Assembly (NCBI GenBank): GCA_048939245.1
Contig: JBHLPR010000061.1
Location: 1-13,303, forward strand
Source: Promethearchaeota archaeon
Lineage (GTDB): Archaea > Asgardarchaeota > Hermodarchaeia > Hermodarchaeales > Hermodarchaeaceae
Direction: 5' to 3'
Length of the DNA: 13,303 nucleotides
Shown: one piece after another, positions 8,665 to 13,303 of the stretch
Layout of the letters: each line of letters starts with the position of its first letter
Position numbering within the stretch: position 1 is the stretch's first letter
Translations under genes and position numbers: made by a program
The notes under the pieces: generated by a model
Databases searched by the model: none
Told to the model about the DNA's origin: nothing
What the model saw: the letters and a program-made list of their open reading frames with translations, nothing else

Positions 8665-9414
8665 TTAATCCGGCTCATCAAAACCCAACGCTTTGAGTGC
8701 AGCAAGAATAGCTTCCTTGTCATCAACTGAAACGTCATCTACATCGCTACTAGCCTCTGCCATACTAACTGTTTCCAGCCCTGGTTCCTCCACGGGAGCA
8801 ATGGTAGGTTCTGCAGCCGTTGATTCCGTAGATGTTAGTCCAGCAGGTACAGGTTCTTCCTCGGTCACAGGTGTACTGACTTCGGCGTGCTCCGGGGTTA
8901 AATCTGGAATAGATTCAGTAGTCATCGCTTCCTCAGAAGGAGTTGGTTCGGTGATTGCTACAGCAGGGCTTGGTTCGGTTGTGCCGGGCATTTTTCGAAA
9001 CCCAAGAAGCTGGTCCGGTTCGAGAGGATGAGATTCCATGATTTTGGTGACTTTAGTTGCATAAATTTTCATTAAACCGATATAATAGCCAAGGCGAATT
9101 TGGTCCCTGCTAGCGCCAACCAGAAGAGTTTCTGGTGTTCCTCGCATTATTATTGTAAAACCCTTATTGCCCCTAAGAATTACTTCTGAGAGAGTGCCTT
9201 GACTTAATTGGCGCAGCGTCTCTTCTCCAACGTTTACCAGAGTGGCTGAAGCAGCAGAGAAGATATCAGAGTCAACATCACCACTTACTGCACAAGCAAG
9301 GCGAATACCTTCACGAGTTACTACAGCAAGGGCTTCTAGGCCTGTTGATTGTTCGATTCGTCTCATTAGGTCTTGAAGGTCTTTAAAAGGCGTCTCAGCC
9401 ATCGTCCATTTCAT
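8665..9414 (-). CDS. Roadblock/LC7 (MglB/LAMTOR-like) domain protein with long acidic low-complexity tail
   Basis: Residues ~11-128 follow the roadblock pattern (GLEALAVVTREGIRLA; SAASATLVNVGE; GTLSEVILRGNKGFTII; LLVG; LGYY..MK). Residues 142-232 are E/T/P/S/A-rich with no K, R or aromatic residue. The start could be 9414 or 9402. Confidence 0.88.
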   Translation of the reverse strand: MKWTMAETPFKDLQDLMRRIEQSTGLEALAVVTREGIRLACAVSGDVDSDIFSAASATLVNVGEETLRQLSQGTLSEVILRGNKGFTIIMRGTPETLLVGASRDQIRLGYYIGLMKIYATKVTKIMESHPLEPDQLLGFRKMPGTTEPSPAVAITEPTPSEEAMTTESIPDLTPEHAEVSTPVTEEEPVPAGLTSTESTAAEPTIAPVEEPGLETVSMAEASSDVDDVSVDDKEAILAALKALGFDEPD

Positions 9415-9576
9415 CCTCTTTACCTGAGTACGTTGTTCTCTTAGTTGTTTCCTATATCAAGGTTGCTCTAGTCACTGAAGGCGTTTCCGCTGTGTTGCGA
9501 GCACCGAAAAACTCGACCGGAAAAAATTACTTTCAGTCTCCTCTAGATGATGTTTGTTTGCTTGACCGTATTGGAG

Positions 9577-9584
9577 TTTAAATA
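9577..9584 (+). promoter_or_regulatory. TATA box of the cdc6/orc1-like gene
   Basis: TTTAAATA ending 34 nt before ATG 9619. Confidence 0.55.
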
Positions 9585-9618
9585 CATTCTACAGAAAACG
9601 GCAAATGGATAGATTCTC

Positions 9619-10713
9619 ATGGTATTATCAGTCGATGCACTATTCAACATCAACTATTTACCTACTAAGCTGCTACACCGCGATCAAGAACTTGCCAGAC
9701 TCTCGAATCTGATACCTAGTGATTCGTTAACACAGCCAATTAACGTCCTTGTTCATGGAAGTTTTGGAATTGGGAGAACCACGCTGCTTCGATTTTTTGG
9801 ACAACACGAATTAGGTCAATATTGTCGCCCATTCATTCGATTCCAAGGCAATAATTCGACCGAGATTGTCTCCGATGCGCTGCATTCGCTAATTCCTTTT
9901 CATAGTTCAACTGACTCCTTTCAAGAGCAATGGGCACTCATTAAACGTGTTATTCGAAAATCAGAACAACCAATTGTGTTTGTCTTTGATGATGTAGATA
10001 CCCAGACAAGTGAAATTTACAAGAAATTCCTAAGTGTTTGCAAGGGAAATAATGTCTCTTCAATGGCAACCGCTCCAAGATATTATCCTCGAAAATTGGA
10101 TATGCAGACAGCACAATTTCTTGATGTAGCAATAGAGTTAGAACCATTTACTAATCAACAATTTTTGGACATCGTTAAACAACGTGTCGGCGAAGTTTTT
10201 ACTCAACGAATACCGATCCAAATCACCGAGTTTATCGCAGATTTAATCTGTATCTTAGATTTTCAACGACCTGCAACGATTGTTGAACTACTCCAACACC
10301 TTCATGGACTTATTACCAACCCGTCTCAAATTTCCGCGGATTTGATTCGCCAATCGTGTATTAATTCAAGGACTCTTCATTATGATTTCTGGAGTGGTCA
10401 TCTTTCTAGTCTAACTGAATTAGATGCAACGGTTGTTCTTCTCCTGCAAGCTGTGGGACAATATTTCATCACCAATCCCGGTCATATCTATGTAAGAAAG
10501 TCCGGTCTTTTAGCCCAGTTTGAGCAAGTTTCGGAAGAAATTAATTTTCCTTCCTCTTCTAGACAGTTTGCAAGAGCGCTCAATATGTTGCTCTTTCAAG
10601 ATCTTCTCCAACAATCCCGTTATTCAACAGAAAATTACTTCACACTTCTTCCCGCAGAAGGTTATCTTGAAATGGTCGAATTGCTTCTCGGTGAATATGA
10701 CTTAGAGCCTTGA
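9619..10713 (+). CDS. Divergent Cdc6/Orc1-like AAA+ protein with degenerate ATPase motifs
   Basis: Cdc6-type N-terminus (YLPTKLLHRDQELARL), P-loop NVLVHGSFGIGRTT, Walker B IVFVFDDVD, lid helix EPFTNQQFLDIVKQRV, and a C-terminal region compatible with a winged helix (SSRQFARALNMLLFQDLL). 364 aa. Confidence 0.8.
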   Translation: MVLSVDALFNINYLPTKLLHRDQELARLSNLIPSDSLTQPINVLVHGSFGIGRTTLLRFFGQHELGQYCRPFIRFQGNNSTEIVSDALHSLIPFHSSTDSFQEQWALIKRVIRKSEQPIVFVFDDVDTQTSEIYKKFLSVCKGNNVSSMATAPRYYPRKLDMQTAQFLDVAIELEPFTNQQFLDIVKQRVGEVFTQRIPIQITEFIADLICILDFQRPATIVELLQHLHGLITNPSQISADLIRQSCINSRTLHYDFWSGHLSSLTELDATVVLLLQAVGQYFITNPGHIYVRKSGLLAQFEQVSEEINFPSSSRQFARALNMLLFQDLLQQSRYSTENYFTLLPAEGYLEMVELLLGEYDLEP

Positions 10714-10731
10714 GCTCTAAGAATGGGGAGA

Positions 10732-11322
10732 TTAGTTCACTTCTACATTCTCTGCCTCAATTTTGGCACGAGCAAATAGCCTTGCAACACGAATTGGTTC
10801 TGGGATTCCTCCAAAGCGAGTAAATCGTTTGATTACTCCTTTCACAACTTCCAGGTCGCATCCTTTGAACTGGACATATACAATAGAGTTGGGTTCTGTT
10901 GCTATTCGTTTGCTTGGACCATTCTGTTGCACGAGTTTCCATCGGGTAACCCACTTTGAAGGAAAAGTCGATTTTAGGTGTTCTTTCAAATCTTCTTGAG
11001 GCTCTTTGGTGATACTAATTATGGGAAGGGCTGTCTCATCGGATAGGTGGGTTAAATCTATGATATTGAATCCAGCAATGATTGCGCCATGAAGCATTAA
11101 CCCATTGATGTCGCTTCGGGCTAAGTGTTTATACATTCGAAGAATCGCTTCGGTGGAATCTGTTGAACGGATGGTTGCTCGATCCCAAATCATGCCATCA
11201 ATTATTAGATCTCGTCGCATCACGACGCCGCCAAGAATTGTGTGGCTCGCTCCCATAACTCCACTTTCTGCAATTCCTAAGAGACGTGTCGCGGGTTTTA
11301 GTAATCTCTTATTAGAAGTCAA
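10732..11322 (-). CDS. DUF99/UPF0215 family protein (endonuclease V-like fold)
   Basis: RLLGIAES, GVVMRRDLIIDG, DSTEAI, AGFNIIDL..L...LPIISI, IPEPIRVARL. TTG start preceded by GGAG. Confidence 0.88.
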   Translation of the reverse strand: MTSNKRLLKPATRLLGIAESGVMGASHTILGGVVMRRDLIIDGMIWDRATIRSTDSTEAILRMYKHLARSDINGLMLHGAIIAGFNIIDLTHLSDETALPIISITKEPQEDLKEHLKSTFPSKWVTRWKLVQQNGPSKRIATEPNSIVYVQFKGCDLEVVKGVIKRFTRFGGIPEPIRVARLFARAKIEAENVEVN

Positions 11323-11340
11323 CGTTCAACTCCGCTTCTA

Positions 11341-11384
11341 ATAAACACGAACAAGAAAATAAAGGGGAGGGGTGAAGAGAACGA
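11341..11384 (-). terminator. Possible U/pyrimidine-rich archaeal terminator downstream of tes
   Basis: Minus strand immediately after the tes stop reads TCGTTCTCTTCACCCCTCCCCTTTATTTTCTTGTTCGTGTTTAT. Confidence 0.4.
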
Positions 11385-12902
11385 TTATGCAGGAGCGTTC
11401 ATCTTCTTACCCGGGTGAGCTTTCTGCCATTCTTCAACAGGCATCGCAAATTTCTTTTCTATTTTAGATCGATGAAAAGAGTTCATTGCGCAGAAGGGTA
11501 CAATTCGACCGTCTGGAATTGCGTAATGAATTCCGCACCGTTCAACACGTTCAAGATCGAAATTGTAGGGGTCCATGAAGTGCATTGAACCAAGCATAAT
11601 GATGCGTTTCATAAATTTGGCTAAAGCGTCGTAATCCTTCTTTATGAGCAGATTGTTGGCAAGATTCATCAACATTCCTTTCTTCTTGAAGAAGCGCATT
11701 GCGCCCATGACACCACGCATCTTTCCGCGCCACTGTTTTCCTTTTTCAAAGTCTTTCGCCATTTTCTCAAGAGTGCCGAGGAATTTTTCGACTTCTACGT
11801 ATTTTGTGATTGGTGCCCAACTGCCATCATCTTCAACAACAAGAAATGTGGCCATTCCACAAGCTGGGTGTTCTGAAAATTCCACATTGGGAGTTCCTGA
11901 TAAGGCACCTAGCGCTCTTGCGACAGGCATTACGAATGGGACAGGGTACCAGTCGCTTGGTTTTATCTGTCCGTCTGTCTGCTCATCTGCAAGGCGGTTC
12001 AAATCTGGAATGGTGATTCGCATCTCTTTGCGTTTTTCAGTATCAATTCGGCCTGTTATTGCTACAGGTTGAAAGTTAATGCACCGAACGATGTCGTGGT
12101 TTTCAATAGCAAATCGAATGATATCCCCAATCTGGTGGTCGTTCACACCCCGCACGAGTGTGGGTACCAATACGATGCTGTGAAGGCCTTCTTCACGGCA
12201 CCTTTCAAGGGCTTTTAGTTTCTGGGGAAGTAGGTTTACACCGCGTGCAGCGATATATGGTTCCTTTGTGACACCATCAAATTGCATATAGACTGTGCTT
12301 AACCCTGCTTCAACTAGTTTTTTGGGGTATCCCTTCTGAGCAAGTAATAAGCCATTTGTAGCAATTTCAACGTGGGGAAAACCAATTTCTTTTGCCATTC
12401 GAATAATTTCTGGTAGATCTGCCCGCATTGTGGGTTCACCACCGGCAAATTGGACTGCAGGGGCAGGAACAGGTTTGTTTGCCCGCAAATTTTCCAGCAT
12501 TCCCCGGATTTCTTCTAGGGTGGGTTCATAAATGTACCCAGCTTTTCCTGCATGGGCAAAGCAAATCGGGCACTCTAAATTGCAACGATTAGTTAGGTCA
12601 ATGAGGGCAAGATTGGTGTGGGTCTTATGATTAGGGCAGAGCCCACAATCATTTGGACATCCATGGACGGTTTCGGTTCGAGGGTTAGCGAGACCAATAC
12701 CTTTGTAAGCATATTGAAAAGCCCGGTTGAACTCCGATGCGCTGGACCAATACGTATCTTTCCATTCGCCGTGGTCCTCACACGTTTTTTTAATCATGAC
12801 CTTTCCGTCTTCTTCATAAACGGTGGCTTCGATAACACGGAGACATTCAGGGCATACTGATTTGGTCGTGTAGGGAAGCTCTTTAGGCGGCATTTTTTCC
12901 AT
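11385..12902 (-). CDS. tes: Tetraether lipid synthase (Tes / GDGT-MAS, MJ0619 family radical SAM enzyme)
   Basis: Rubredoxin-like CPEC...CEDH, auxiliary cluster GCPNDCGLCPNH, radical SAM CNLECPIC, GGEP, C-terminal HPACG and FMDPYNFDLERVERCGIHY..DGRIVPFCAMN. 505 aa; SD AGGAGTGA 8 nt before the ATG. Confidence 0.9.
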   Translation of the reverse strand: MEKMPPKELPYTTKSVCPECLRVIEATVYEEDGKVMIKKTCEDHGEWKDTYWSSASEFNRAFQYAYKGIGLANPRTETVHGCPNDCGLCPNHKTHTNLALIDLTNRCNLECPICFAHAGKAGYIYEPTLEEIRGMLENLRANKPVPAPAVQFAGGEPTMRADLPEIIRMAKEIGFPHVEIATNGLLLAQKGYPKKLVEAGLSTVYMQFDGVTKEPYIAARGVNLLPQKLKALERCREEGLHSIVLVPTLVRGVNDHQIGDIIRFAIENHDIVRCINFQPVAITGRIDTEKRKEMRITIPDLNRLADEQTDGQIKPSDWYPVPFVMPVARALGALSGTPNVEFSEHPACGMATFLVVEDDGSWAPITKYVEVEKFLGTLEKMAKDFEKGKQWRGKMRGVMGAMRFFKKKGMLMNLANNLLIKKDYDALAKFMKRIIMLGSMHFMDPYNFDLERVERCGIHYAIPDGRIVPFCAMNSFHRSKIEKKFAMPVEEWQKAHPGKKMNAPA

Positions 12903-12971
12903 TGTGAAATGTCACTCCTTTTGTGGTTACCACTCTGTAGTGGTGAGTTTGTTCTGTTTCGTACTGGGGAT

Positions 12972-12989
12972 TCTTAAAAGGCTTTTCCG
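12972..12989 (-). promoter_or_regulatory. Putative BRE/TATA promoter of tes
   Basis: Minus strand CGGAAAAG-CC-TTTTAAGA about 70 nt upstream of the ATG, implying a ~45 nt leader. Confidence 0.45.
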
Positions 12990-13025
12990 AAAAATCCGAG
13001 TAGGAGAAGGCTGGATTTGGAATGG

Positions 13026-13043
13026 GAGAAAGTGTTTTTATAA
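13026..13043 (+). promoter_or_regulatory. Putative BRE/TATA promoter of the RHH gene
   Basis: GAGAAAG followed by TTTTTATAA (13035-13043), 21 nt before ATG 13065. Confidence 0.6.
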
Positions 13044-13064
13044 TATCCAGGTATAGGTCAGGGT

Positions 13065-13262
13065 ATGTCCCGGGTAATACGCTTGCATTTGGTCTCGGTT
13101 AAACTCCCTAAAGCCTACGTACGAGGGCTAGACACATTAGTTGACAGAGGAACCTATCCAACAAGAAGTGAAGCGATTCGTGTGGCTATTCGTGATCTTC
13201 TCAAACGCGAGCTATGGATTTCTGGTTCTCCTCTTACAATGCCACAAACAGATGACGATTAG
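13065..13262 (+). CDS. Ribbon-helix-helix (CopG/Arc/MetJ) transcription factor, CdrS/aCcr1-like
   Basis: Beta-ribbon LVSVKLP, helix YVRGLDTLVDRG, turn-helix YPTRSEAIRVAIRDLL. The true start may be TTG 13083 (MHLVSVKLP), which better matches usual family length. Confidence 0.92.
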   Translation: MSRVIRLHLVSVKLPKAYVRGLDTLVDRGTYPTRSEAIRVAIRDLLKRELWISGSPLTMPQTDDD

Positions 13263-13303
13263 GGTGAAATTGCCCAACTAGCGTTCACGAGTTCCCTGTA
13301 TGT

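Noticed and set aside
8665-8991. Tandem DNA repeat or CRISPR-like array in the roadblock tail
   Set aside because: Recurrence is only at the level of short peptide units (TEP/EEP), with no fixed-length nucleotide repeat or spacer pattern.
8693-9031. 112 aa Ser/Gly/Val-rich ORF on the + strand
   Set aside because: It is the antisense reading of the low-complexity roadblock tail, which explains its composition and lack of stops.
9415-9618. Replication origin (ORB elements) upstream of the cdc6-like gene
   Set aside because: No TTCCAxTGGAAA/G-string ORB repeats and no extended AT-rich unwinding element. TTCTACAGAAA near 9587-9597 is a single weak resemblance.
9950-12860. Short alternative-frame or antisense ORFs inside the cdc6-like, DUF99 and tes genes (including 11644..12072, 142 aa)
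   Set aside because: Nested in or almost entirely overlapping conserved CDSs, with no independent motif support.
11385-12902. Annotation as MoaA or 7,8-dihydro-6-hydroxymethylpterin dimethyltransferase
   Set aside because: The extra N-terminal Cys clusters and C-terminal motifs match the MJ0619 family, whose older methyltransferase label has been superseded by the Tes/GDGT-MAS assignment.
13262-13303. Start of a downstream gene such as ftsZ after the RHH gene
   Set aside because: GTG 13264 and TTG 13270 reach TAG at 13279-13281. An ATG at the very end of the window cannot be evaluated.

Overview
Gene-dense archaeal chromosomal segment with 13 supportable CDSs, GGTG/GGAGTGA-type ribosome-binding sites and TATA-like boxes. 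I found no RNA genes, CRISPR arrays or mobile elements. In order: Sec11-type signal peptidase I; a conserved-looking hypothetical; a small two-helix membrane protein resembling OST5/TMEM258; archaeal SAM synthetase; two co-oriented hypotheticals; an ASH-Ski2/COG1202-type SF2 helicase; a JAMM/MPN+ metalloprotease with a C-terminal transmembrane anchor; a roadblock/LC7 protein with a long acidic tail; a degenerate Cdc6/Orc1-like AAA+ protein; a DUF99 protein; tetraether lipid synthase (Tes/GDGT-MAS); and a divergent CdrS/aCcr1-like ribbon-helix-helix regulator. The set of eukaryote-like proteins (Rpn11/CSN5-like JAMM, roadblock, OST5-like) suggests an Asgard archaeon, which is an inference. The most notable candidates are a tail-anchored, catalytically intact JAMM isopeptidase, an OST5-like microprotein, a probable pseudo-ATPase Orc/Cdc6 paralogue, and a tes/RHH divergent promoter with operator-like motifs. 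All family calls come from motif recognition by eye; no searches were run.
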